The translations under genes were made by a program, and so were the position numbers. From Octopus sinensis (lineage: Eukaryota), in assembly GCF_006345805.1 (NCBI RefSeq), contig NC_043003.1:83266001-83330000 (forward strand): a stretch of 64,000 nucleotides of DNA, read 5' to 3'. The notes beneath the pieces were generated by a model. The model had not been told where the DNA came from, searched no databases, and worked only from the letters and a program-made list of their open reading frames with translations. Shown here in pieces: positions 1 through 11,648 of the stretch; position 1 is the first letter of the stretch, and each line of letters opens with the position of its first letter.

Positions 1-198
1 ACATGCTAATAAAAGAAACAAAAAATTAAACTCTGAGCGGTCCCCTCCCTTTAAGTGAACTTTCTCCTTCCTTTCTGTTTCTTAGCAAACTCTATTTTTC
101 ATCCGCCCCTTAGTCTGAAAGCAAACGTAGGTAGCATCACCAACAGTCGCCAGTCAAATTTCACAAGTACATGTTTAAATTTTCTAAGATGTTGAAAG

Positions 199-510
199 TA
201 TATTGAAAAGGCATGGAAGAGAAACCTTGATGATTGCTTCATAATCCGGATAGAATCTCTAACTGCTCTGGAAGAGTTCAATACCCTCCTGAACAACCTA
301 CACACATCTCTCTAGTTTACAAAGGAGATGAATAGTACCAAATTACCATTCCTCGATACAATTGTAATTAAAAATGACACCACCATTACCACAGATATAT
401 ACTATAAACACGGACACACATCAATACCTGGATATTAAGTCGTGCTGTCAACCACATACAAAACGCAACATCCCATACTGCGGAACCAAAAGAATCTTCG
501 TCTTCCATCG
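199..510 (+). mobile_element. Penelope-like element reverse transcriptase relic
   Basis: Manual translation: YIEKAWKRNLDDCFII...FNTLLNNLHTSL*FTKEMNSTKLPFLDTIVIKNDTTITTDIYYK, frameshift, TDTHQYLDIKSC..HTKRNIPY. This matches the W.RY.DD, FT.E, LPFLD, TD.Y.K.T.T.QYL and NIPY motifs of PLE RTs; one stop and one frameshift. Confidence 0.8.
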
Positions 511-1300
511 CACGAATTTTGGTAAGAATTGTTCGGCCTGTACTGGCTGACACACCGCCAACATACGACTAGATACACCATTTTGTTAAATGCAGCACTG
601 CCCACTGTATCAACTTTTCCCTGTTCTTCTTCTTCTTCTTCCTCCTCCTTTCCTTCTTCCGATTCTTCTTTTTCTTCCTCTTCCTGTCGTCCTACTTCCC
701 TTTCGTCATCTTCTATTCGTTTCCCTCCCCTCCTTCCCTTTCCTTCTCTTACCATTATACGTATCCGCTCTCCTGATTCTCCTCCCCCACATATCATTTT
801 CACGTATTGAAATCGCATACACGTTTTCAATTTTTTCTTTTTTATTTCCTTCCGATATTTTCCCAACAACAAGGTCTGAAAGACGCACAATATAATAGCA
901 CGCCTTTGATGCAAATCTGAAGAAGCGTCTCTCCAGTGCCTAAAACCGCAAATAGTATGTGACATTTCATTTAGCATGTTTGCGTAAACTGGCGTTGTAA
1001 ATGGAGACGGTACGGAAACATTTGTAACTTATAATTAAAGATATGTTAAAGAATTTTCCTTGTCTTCTTTTAATTAGCATGTCAGTCATTAAGATAAGTG
1101 CTTCTCGTTGCTATGAGTTGCTTAACTCTTATTTCTAGCAATACTGATGCTGACAAGTGCTCTCAGTCACTTTAGTGACATACACACACGCACGCACTTA
1201 TATATATATATATATATATAATAGGGAATATTATTCCAAACTTACAGGGAAAAATTCAATTTAGAAATATTAAATCAAATTTCACAAAATATTATATATA

Positions 1301-1379
<79 letters not shown>

Positions 1380-1407
1380 TTGTGTGTATGTGTTTGTGCG
1401 TGTGTGT

Positions 1408-1699
1408 GGAGGCACATGGCTTAGTGGTTAGAGCAGCGGACTCGCGGTCGACGGATTGCGGGTTCGAATCTCAGTCTAGGCGATGTGTGTGTTTATGAGC
1501 GAAATACCTAAGCCCCACGCGGCTCCGGCAGAAGGTAATGTCGAACTACTACTGACTCTTTCTCTCACTCTTTCCTCCTGCATCTCGTAGCTCACCTGCG
1601 ACGGACCGACGTCCCGTCCAAGTGGGGAACCTATACGCCAAGGAAACCGAGAAACCTGCCCTTATGAGCCAGGTATGGCTCGAGAAGGAACAAACAAAC
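1408..1699 (+). mobile_element. tRNA-derived SINE (type shared with 41897-42171)
   Basis: Pol III A box TGGCTTAGTGG and B box GGTTCGAATC; body and tail ...GGCTCGAGAAGGAACAAAC collinear with the copy at 41897. Confidence 0.85.
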
Positions 1700-2095
1700 A
1701 TATATATATATTTTGTTCTATTAAGAGTTTTATTAGTCAGATGACTATTATTATAGTTATATAAGTATTTAAGCAACTTTGTATTATATATTCATATGTG
1801 TGCATCTCTTTCTATGTGTGTGTCTATGAGTATGTCTGTGTGTTTTTGTGTGTGCATACATGCAACCACGCGTAATATATATGTCTAAACAAAAGAATAA
1901 ACCACTTAGTACCTTGAATAAACTTTGATTTTAAGTAAACAGTTGAATGATTCATTAATACATTACGTGTGGGGCAAAATTTGATGTGCTAGTAAATCAA
2001 CTGTTTATTTATTTGTGTGAGTGTATAAATACATATTCACATATGTCCGCATATATCCGTATATATATACATATATATATATACAGTCACACACA

Positions 2096-2138
<43 letters not shown>

Positions 2139-3699
2139 ATATATATATATATCTATATATATATATATATATATATACACAGATATATATATATATATAC
2201 ACAGACATACATATATGTACATAGGTAGATATGTATACATACACGCGCATTTATAGACACACACGTAATGATTGTGATGATAGATACATACATACATACA
2301 TACATACATACATACATACATACATACGTATGTAATATGTATATAACCTGTTAGTGAAATTTGGTAAATAGTGAGTCTACAGAAATCTGTCGTGTGTGAG
2401 TGGAGGAGAGTGTATGTGCGTCTGTGAATGTGTGCGCACGAGTATGTGTCCGAACCGGAGAATAGTAATGAAAAAGAGTTTTTTGGTAAATACAAACACT
2501 GTCAGAGTATATTATTTGATAGATACTTATACATAGATACGTAGATATACATACACATATACATAAATGTAGATGGTGAATGAACGAGAGTGAGAGATGT
2601 GTATAAGTCTTGAAATATAAATGATAGAATGGAGTGATGTTATTGATGATATTGGTAATTATATTACAGAAGGGAGGTGTATATCCATCTGGATATTTAG
2701 ATAAGTAGAATACACGAAAGATGGGAACCTCTGTTCACTATAAATAATATGATAATAACGCTTAAAATGTCACAAAAATGCTTTGTTGAAAGAAATGTTA
2801 TTGCATTTTCTTGTCTCATATAAAATGTTCTATTTTTGCAACTACAGTATCCTAATTAGGAATTATTAACAGCAAAATTGAGTTCAGACGTATTCAGAAG
2901 ATAATCAGTATGTTTTCTGATAAAAGTGAAGTGTCAATTTTGTGAAATTTCTACCATTATCTCTCTAATGTCACTGTTATCGCATGATACTGCATTAAGT
3001 TGTTGATATAACATGAAGTGAACGCTGTTATTTTAGTGGTAAAGTTTGCAAACGTTACACAATAGTAATTTCTTATAGCGTAAACTTTTCTCATTCTCAA
3101 TTACTCGCTGTTATGGAGGTAAAAATTTGAGAATGTGCTGAGGCCTAATCATTGTACTTAACAACAACACTGAAGCAATTCAGACAAGAATAGTGTTGAT
3201 CGTTGTAAATTGTACATGGACATGTCTTCTGTCTCATTCTCTCTTTCTCTCTCTCTTTTTTGTTCTGACTTTATGAGAGAATTTTATGCTTTCATCTTAA
3301 TCCCAAATATAGAAAGATATTCTTAAAGTGAACTTAAGAAATTTAGCTTTACTTAACTATATATAAACATAATTATTTATTACCTTTCTTGCCGACAACA
3401 CAGCATAAAGCCAATTATCTTGGCTGAATGTATTTAATGGAAAGTCAAAGATTATGTGTATTTGTGATTATGTGTGTTTCAGTGTGGATTTGAGCTTAAG
3501 TCTTTATGAGCTTACATGTTTATGTGTAGGTGTGTTTGTGGCGGGTGGGGGAGTATGTGTGTACATTTGTAAGTAAACTAGTTTAAATACGAATGTATGC
3601 GTGTACATGTGTTTGAGTGTTTGAAGTCTGAATTCATATATAGACTCTTGTGCATATATGAGAATATGTTTGTGTGTAGGTCTAGGTATGTATAGATAG

Positions 3700-3731
<32 letters not shown>

Positions 3732-3834
3732 GTATATATGTATGTATATCCATTTATTATATATATATTATATATAGATATATATATATATATATACTAT
3801 ATATACATATATATATATATACATTTATATATGT

Positions 3835-4346
3835 GGAGGCGCAATGACCCAGTGGTTTGGGCAGCGGATTCGCGGTCGTAGGATCGCGGTTTCGATTCCC
3901 AGATCGGGCATTGAGAGTTTTTATTGAGCGAAAGCACTTAAAGCTCCATGAGGTTCCGGCAGGGGTGGTGGTGAACCTTGCTATACTCTTTCACCACAAC
4001 TTTCTCTCACACTTTTTTTCCTGTTTCTGTGGTACCTATATTTCAAATGGGCCAGCCTCGTCACACTCTGTGTCACGCTTAATCTCCCCGAGAACTACGT
4101 TAAGGGTACACGTGTCTCTGGAGTACTCAGCCACTTGCACGTTAATAAATGAGGTGTGACGTCGCTGGTGCCAAGCTGTCTTCACCTTTGCCTTTCCCTT
4201 GGATAACATCGGTGGCGTGGAGAGTGGAGGGTGGTATGCGTTGGTGACTACTGGTCTTCAATAAACAACCTTGCCCAGATTTGTGCCTCGGAGAGTAACT
4301 TTCTAGGTGCAATTCCATGGTCGTTCATGACCGAAGGCGGTCACAA
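3835..4346 (+). mobile_element. tRNA-derived SINE, long form
   Basis: Head homologous to the 1408/41897 copies; central block GTCACGCTTAATCTCCCCGAGAACTACGTTAAGGGTACACGTGTCT is shared with the copy at 62870-63187. Confidence 0.8.
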
Positions 4347-4424
4347 CATTTATATATATATATATATATATTATACGTATAAACATATATATACAGATAC
4401 ATTTATATATATACTTATACATAA

Positions 4425-4468
<44 letters not shown>

Positions 4469-4669
4469 ATATTATATATATATATACATATACATAAATA
4501 TACATATACATAAATAAATATATATATGTATATACATATATATATATACATATATATAGACGTATATATAAATATATATATATATGTGTATGTATATACT
4601 ATATATATATATGTATGTATATACATATATATATACATATATATAGATATATGCATAAATATATATATG

Positions 4670-4714
<45 letters not shown>

Positions 4715-4717
<3 letters not shown>

Positions 4718-5365
4718 CCAAGTTCAGGGTGAATACTTCATAATCGTTAACACCTGTATATGACATAAGCACCTGTATATGACATTTAGTGGTGTAGGTG
4801 ATAGAGTATATTTATCGAAATAAAAACATGATGCAAAGGTACCTATGTTTCGGGCCTTTATGAGACGGTTTATAACAATGCATAATTGATGTAAATGTGT
4901 GTCTATAGCCTTCTTCAGCCGCGTACAATTACTACTTCAAGGACATGTATTACATTATAAGTTTTACGTTGGGGATGCAAATCCTCATAGTCGCATACGA
5001 CAGAGCGAGGGCCCAAAACAAAATAAAAACGTCCATCCCGTTTTTCACTCGATGTAGAATGAGGAAGTTGGATGTTGAGATAGAGAGGGAAGGAGTTGGG
5101 GGTGAATCTTTAGTGAGTTAGGGATCACAAAGAGGGAGGGTAGTAGGTGCAAAAAGTAGTAAAAGAGTAAAAAATTCCAAAGGAGTAAAAATTTTAAAAA
5201 TATATAAAAGATATAAGAATATAAAAAAGATTATCTAAGTATATAAATATATAAATCCAACGGCTTTGTGTGTTTTCTTAAATGGCTTACAAACACCTTC
5301 CACGCTGCAATTGTTCCAGCACACGATCTCAGATGAAATCACTTGCTATGCGAGTACATCTCCCT
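4715..5365. mobile_element. Non-coding interspersed repeat set in (TA)n, possibly a Penelope-like terminal repeat
   Basis: Unique-complexity block bounded by TA tracts on both sides, with degenerate CTGAAGA...GAAAC motifs on the minus strand. Family assignment is inference. Confidence 0.35.
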
Positions 5366-5379
5366 ATATGTATATATAT

Positions 5380-5384
<5 letters not shown>

Positions 5385-5456
<72 letters not shown>

Positions 5457-5541
5457 CATATATATATATATATTATATAATATATATACATGTACATATA
5501 TATATACATGTACATATATATATATATATATATATATACAT

Positions 5542-5573
<32 letters not shown>

Positions 5574-5793
5574 CATGTACATATATATATACATGTACAT
5601 ATATATATACATGTACATATATATACATGTAAATATAAATATACATAATATATATAATACATATATATAATATATGTACATATATATATACATGTACATA
5701 TATATATACATGTATATATATATATACATATATATATACATACATATATATATATATACATATATATATATACATATATATATATACACACAC

Positions 5794-5827
<34 letters not shown>

Positions 5828-5870
5828 TACACACAACATATATATATACAACATATATATATATATACAC

Positions 5871-5903
<33 letters not shown>

Positions 5904-5994
5904 CACCGTATTATATTTATAATACACCATATATATATATATATATATATACAACACACACACATATATATAATATATACACATAATATAATAT

Positions 5995-6033
<39 letters not shown>

Positions 6034-6055
6034 ATATATATATATAATATATACA
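5385..6055. repeat. Long interrupted (TA)n microsatellite with CATGTA/CA interruptions
   Basis: Directly visible. Similar TA tracts lie near 1200-1375, 4350-4715, 8920-9150, 10230-10320, 12317-12380, 15520-15615, 16400-16650, 17250-17605 and 23040-23345. Confidence 0.97.
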
Positions 6056-6084
6056 TGTATGTGCATGTACGCATGTGCGATTGT

Positions 6085-6179
6085 GAAGAAGCATGATCTT
6101 GTAGCTATTGCGTTGGCTACAAGATCGTAGGTTCGATTACTACATCGGGCGACATGTTGTATCCTTAAGCAAGACACTT

Positions 6180-6180
<1 letters not shown>
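6085..6180 (+). mobile_element. SINE head/CORE-like fragment
   Basis: GGTTCGATT B box followed by GTATCCTTAAGCAAGACACTT, resembling the CORE-domain motif. Confidence 0.5.
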
Positions 6181-6216
<36 letters not shown>

Positions 6217-6502
6217 CTACATACTTATCTATGTGTCTGCTTGTCTGCCATCTATCTATCTGTCTGTCTGTCTCCGCAGTTGTCACGCTCTCCATATTCC
6301 GCTGGGTCAAAGTTAAGAGTACTAGTAAAGTGCCTGTGTATTGCCTTGAAGCCCGTATAACCTAAAGGTTATACAGGCCTCGAGGCCATACTGGCTTGCG
6401 AGTGATGGCAAAACCTTCCTTACACCCCCGCCCCTCACACACCAATGCATACATCCATAATACATACATACATGCATACATACATACATACATATATACA
6501 TA

Positions 6503-7445
6503 CCAATACTTGGGCTACTTGATAGGATATTTACTGAGATCCGAACCATTGATGTGAAAACTCGGAAGATATCAACCAATACATAATTTCCACACCAACA
6601 GTGATGCAGACTACCTTTGCCTAAAACAAAAATAATGGGGAAAAGGCTTAACATCAATCTGCCCTTGAATGTCGTATCATATCCCTTCGGCTACATCTTA
6701 TAACCACCAAGTGTCTAAGTGCATTACTTGGTTAAGTTTGCATACATCAGACTGATAATGTCATGAGATTTGGAAACCAGCTGCTTGAGCAACATTCCTT
6801 GTCTGATAACTTTAAATACATGCCTAAATTAGTCCACAACTCTAGTGCAGCGTATCATCAGATGAAATCCAGTTAATTTTGGGATAGAAATTCCACAAGA
6901 GACCACCACAAAGCCCATCACTTCAATGTCAAAAAGAGTTTCTGAATTAAAAACTGCAGTTGTCGAAATCAGTTGCCTAGCGGATGTTAACACAAAGCTA
7001 AAGGTCAGCAAAGAATATCTACGCCGAAACTATTGAGAAATTTGTAGTTACTCTATCCAGATTACAAGTTCAGGATTATACCTGTAATTATTGAGGTACT
7101 GAGATATGTAGTACAATACCTCAATAACAATCTTGAGAACTTATGCCTCTCAAAACCAGAAAGGAGACAGTTGATTCGAAGACTGCAGATCCAATTCATC
7201 ACTGAAACTAAAATTCTGTAAAGCCATCCAGAAGTTTATCATTTAATATATATATGCACGTCTAGATATGCAACTATATGCATGAGAATACATACACAAA
7301 ACAAAAATACAAATTTGTACGTCTACATACATACAAAAATACTCAGTTGATGTTGAAATTCCAATGAAGAAGCCCTGGATCTAGGTTAGAAACCGGCTCT
7401 TTCTCTATTGGCAAGAAATCTTGAAATAAAACTGAATAATAACAA
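6503..7445 (+). mobile_element. Decayed non-LTR retrotransposon with restriction-like endonuclease (R4/Dong/HERO-like), 3' part with (CATA)n tail
   Basis: Broken translation: EIRTIDVKTRKI..NFHTNSDADYL (post-RT), VVEISCLADVNTKLK..IYAELLRNL*LLYPDYKFRIIPVII..NLENLCLSKPERRQLIRRLQIQ (RLE C-terminus), then a 3'UTR and (CATA)n. The zinc-knuckle region is missing. Confidence 0.75.
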
Positions 7446-7573
7446 ACATACATACATACATACATACATACATACATACATACATACATACATACATACA
7501 TACATACATACATACATACATACATTCACTCATTCACTCATTCATTCATTCATTCATTCATTCATACATACAT

Positions 7574-7931
7574 GCATAACACAACCTAAGTACTAATCTT
7601 GAGAAATTAGGCATCTCAAAACCAGAAAGGAGAAAGCTGATTTGAAGACTACAGATCACTGGAACTATAAAATGTAAAACTTTCCAGCAGTTTATCATTT
7701 AAGTATATATACGCTTGTCTAGACATGTAACCATATGCATGAGACTACATACATAAAACAAAGTATACAAACCTGCAGATGCACTGAGTCCATGTACTGT
7801 AGATATACATCCATACATGCAAAACTACCCTGTTAACGTTGTTGACATTTCAATGAAGTAGCCTTGGAAGTTGATTAGAAACCGGCCTTTTCGCTATTGG
7901 CAAGAATTCTTGAAACAAAATTGAATAATGA
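7574..7931 (+). mobile_element. Second, diverged 3' end of the same RLE-type LINE family
   Basis: Collinear with 7130-7445 (NLEKLGISKPERRKLI, same 3'UTR motifs TTAGAAACCGGC and TATTGGCAAGAA), again followed by (CATA)n to ~8016. Confidence 0.75.
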
Positions 7932-8235
7932 CATACATATGCACGTACGTACATACATACATACATACATACATACATACATACATACATACATACATAC
8001 ATACATACATACATACAAGCATACATGGTCGTCTGTCAGAGCGACACGGGACAACTAGTTATTTTTAAGAATAGCTGATGTCTTGCACAGTGACTTTGCA
8101 TAAAGTGAAGAAGATTTGCGCACTACCCGTCTCATTCTCTAGTTAGCGGCCATCTGCAATCCAGTTACAAGAAAAGATTAAGAAAACTAGGGATGATGAC
8201 AGATGCAATGATACAGAGGGGGACCCAAATCTTAC

Positions 8236-8352
8236 TTGCCTCTGCACTACATAATGCGTTGCTGCAGCCGCCTTCATCCTCTGTTGAACCGTGAAAGCTA
8301 CTTCTGCAGAGTCCACCGGATCTCCTGAACAGAGTTCTACTACAGTGCACTT
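8236..8352 (-). CDS. Putative internal coding exon, 117 nt, phase 0 to 0: KCTVVELCSGDPVDSAEVAFTVQQRMKAAAATHYVVQRQ
   Basis: Acceptor TTTTGGACTGCATTCAG|A and donor CAA|GTAAGA; open frame in a GC-richer non-repetitive island; phase continues the 24681 exon. An alternative phase-1 reading to a stop at 8165 is also open. Confidence 0.55.
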
Positions 8353-8938
8353 CTGAATGCAGTCCAAAAGCGTACATACAATATACACACATAGACAAAA
8401 TACACACAAACACACACAGATATGGTGACAGAAAAGAAGAGAGAGTGAGAGAGATAGTAACCATAGCATAAGTGATATGTGTTACTAGTGTTATATATAT
8501 ATATATATATGTATGTCTGTATTCATATATATGAATGGATGTTTGTATTTGTGTGTGTTTGTGTATATATATATATATGTATGTATACATGCACACACAC
8601 TCAAGGCTGATATATTACATCTCAAAGGCAAAGTGTCTTACAATAATGAGCACCAGTGTCACATGTGCGCGTGCGCGCACAGACGTGTGTGTATCAACTA
8701 TGAAATTAAAGTAGCATATCTCATTGTTGAGATATGTCCTTCCTGATCTTTATCTCATATTTATATCATTTATGAGCATATTTTGTATGCGAATAGTGTC
8801 TCTACAGTGGGAAATTTATAGTATTTGTTTGTTTGCGTTTGTCCTTTTTATGTGTGGTTTTTTTTTTTCGTTTTGTAACCTAAATGCAAACATCTTTATG
8901 TCCTGCTTACGAATTCCATCATATATATATATATATAC

Positions 8939-8980
<42 letters not shown>

Positions 8981-9044
8981 GTATATATATATATATTATA
9001 TATATATATATACGTATATATATATATATACATATATAATATAT

Positions 9045-9075
<31 letters not shown>

Positions 9076-10237
9076 TATATATACATACATACATATATAT
9101 ATATATATATTATATATATATATATATATAGACATATATATATATATACATACCTACATATCTACCTACATATATATACATACATACATACATACTTACA
9201 TACATACATATTCACGTGTGTGTGAGCGTATGCACTTATTGATTGTTTTATTTATCTATTTATGTTTTGCTTATTTATTTATTTATTTGTTTATTTATTT
9301 ATGGATAGCGAGGCAGACACACCAACACAAATCGAAAGACAAAGCGAGAGAGAAACATAACTAAAATCTAAACTAATACTTTTACTTTAGCTATCATAAA
9401 TCATCTATCACCGAAATAAACTGTCACCATAAAATACTAAGTGTTAAAACTAGTACCGTCGAACCAGCTCTCTATTAAGTCGCTCAAAACTGCTAGAAAC
9501 AGCAGTCAAATCTTAGAAGAAATTACATTCTTGCCACATTTAAAAAGAAACAACATACTATACAATACGTTCTTTGACACACTAAAAAGAATGTTCAATA
9601 AAATTCTCCTAGAACGGTGTTGCATGCAATCAGCACTTCTTTTGATTCTGATTTACTAAAAAGAAACGAATGTTCCCAGGCCATTCCAGAGTTGTCTCCC
9701 TTGAGGTACACGATGTTTTTTAACACTTATTGTCTAAAGCAAAAGTACTTTTGAATGGCAAACAGTAGTGACTACGGATTTCGTAATGGTCAAATATATC
9801 CCACATATTTGAACTTTTCTCAATATTCGTTTATAACAACCTTATTCTAAGAATACTCAGATTATCTCTATTCCTCAATTTTTTTACAGGTTTTAGTCAA
9901 TGGACTGCTGTCATGCTAGACTCTGCTTTGAAGGCTGTTAGATGATGATGTGAGAGATCCCTACTCCAGTGATTATTCAAGCTTCCTATTTAGTAAATTG
10001 ATCTTTAATTAGCGAAACGCTGTCACACTTTGAGAGAGCGCGAGATGTAATTCCATTAAGCGTGTTAGACCACAAAACATAAAGAAAGATACAATCACCC
10101 ACATTCATACATAAATACACAAGTACGCGCATATATAGGTGTATAAATACACACATACATATATACACAAATAAACATACTACAATATATATATGTTTTC
10201 TCTGTGTTTTCATGTTTGGATTAACTTATATATATAC

Positions 10238-10324
<87 letters not shown>

Positions 10325-10504
10325 AGAATTCATGAAAACAACAAAAGACGAAGACGGGTGGTGTAGAAAACAAACAGATGTATTAGTATAACGATCAGGA
10401 ATTGAAAAAGTCTTTTACGTTTTGAGCTTACGCTCTTCTACAGAAAGAAACAAGGAGAGAAAAAATGTGTGTAGTGGCTGCCGATCTATCATGGCGACTC
10501 ATAT

Positions 10505-11209
10505 ATATAATAAATTAATAAATAAAACATATGCATATATACATACATATATGTACGTACCTACCTCTACATGTATATATACACGCATATATGGGTACAG
10601 GACACCAAAAAAACGTCGAACACAATGAGAAACGAAAACATAAACAGAAAACCAAGGAACTGGACATTTTTCTTAAACAACAAAAAAATAGAGTACAGGA
10701 CAAATAACGCAAGGACAATTCCCCTTCTTCAGTCGCCATGGTTTCATCTACTCTGCGTTTCGAAGGTGAAGGCGATACGCATCTTTGATAGAAACTTTCC
10801 GTCCCGCGAAAAGCAAATTAAATATAATTTGAGATCTTTTTGTGGAGGAGTAAAAATGATAAAAAAACAGGACAGTAACGACAGTACAAAATATAAACAG
10901 TAAAAGACAGGACGGAAAGTTTCTATCGAAGATGCGTATCGCCTTCACCTTCGAAACGCAGAGTAGATGAAACCATGGCGACTGAAGAAGGGGAATTGTC
11001 CTTGCGTTATTTGTCCTGTACTCTATTTTTTTGTTGTTTAAGAAAAATGTCCAGTTCCTTGGTTTTCTGTTTATGTTTTCGTTTCTCATTGTGTTCGACG
11101 TTTTTTTGGTCTCCTGTACCCATATATGCGTGTATATATACATGTAGAGGTAGGTACGTACATATATGTATGTATATATGCATATATTTTATTTATTAAT
11201 TTATTATAT
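10505..11209. repeat. Long inverted repeat: 300 bp arms (10505-10804 / 10910-11209), 105 bp spacer
   Basis: Arms are reverse complements with 3 mismatches by manual comparison; near-identical ORFs on opposite strands in the supplied track (10515-10739 vs 10975-11199) corroborate. Confidence 0.95.
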
Positions 11210-11244
11210 GACGGAACACACGCATCCATTTCTAAGTAATATTG

Positions 11245-11283
<39 letters not shown>

Positions 11284-11288
<5 letters not shown>

Positions 11289-11515
11289 GATATAGTGCAT
11301 ATTTATACACATAAGGAATCCACTTAGGGTGAGATTCAACACATTATAGAACGACAAAAATAACGGATAAAATTCGACAGAATAAATTTGTAAATGAAAA
11401 ACATTTACCATTTTCATTTACAAATTTATTCCTGTCGAATTTTATCCGTTATTTTTGTGGTTCTATAATGTGTTGAATCTCACCCTAAGTGCATTCTTAT
11501 GCACTGTATCGTATA
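11284..11515. repeat. Fold-back hairpin element, ~105-117 bp arms, 10 nt loop
   Basis: 11284-11400 is the reverse complement of 11411-11515, apart from a 12 nt insertion, a 1 nt indel and a few substitutions; loop ACATTTACCA. Confidence 0.9.
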
Positions 11516-11648
11516 ACTAATATATATTCTTCTTGACCAAATTTTTTTGCACGTTAGACCACTGGAAATGTAAATTTTGATTGAATATTTTAAATTTAAT
11601 TAAATTCCATTTCCCTTTGATATGATTATATATATATATATACACACA

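Noticed and set aside
435-977. 180 aa minus-strand ORF with a poly-Glu stretch
   Set aside because: The acidic run comes from a (TCT/TCC)n tract; the ORF is antisense to a Penelope relic and has no splice or domain support.
1408-1480. Possible tRNA gene (also 41897 and 3835)
   Set aside because: A and B boxes are present but there is no closing acceptor stem; the sequence continues into a SINE body, and one copy has a TSD.
1986-6177. Many long ORFs rich in I/Y/M/C/V (and similar ones at 8.7-9.1, 12.3, 16-17.7, 22.7-23.6 and 35.5 kb)
   Set aside because: They are translations of (TA)n, (CA)n and (CATA)n microsatellites that happen to lack stops.
6351-6388. Small hairpin GTATAACCT-AA-AGGTTATAC plus palindrome GGCCTCGAGGCC
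   Set aside because: Could be a Helitron-like end but no CTRR terminus or family context; plausible by chance.
7360-7400. Hammerhead-like TGAAGA...GAAACCGG in the LINE 3'UTR (also ~7853; similar motifs at 917-946 and 10416-10443)
   Set aside because: The core lacks C3 or G12, the GUH triplet is missing or stem I cannot be drawn; too degenerate to report.
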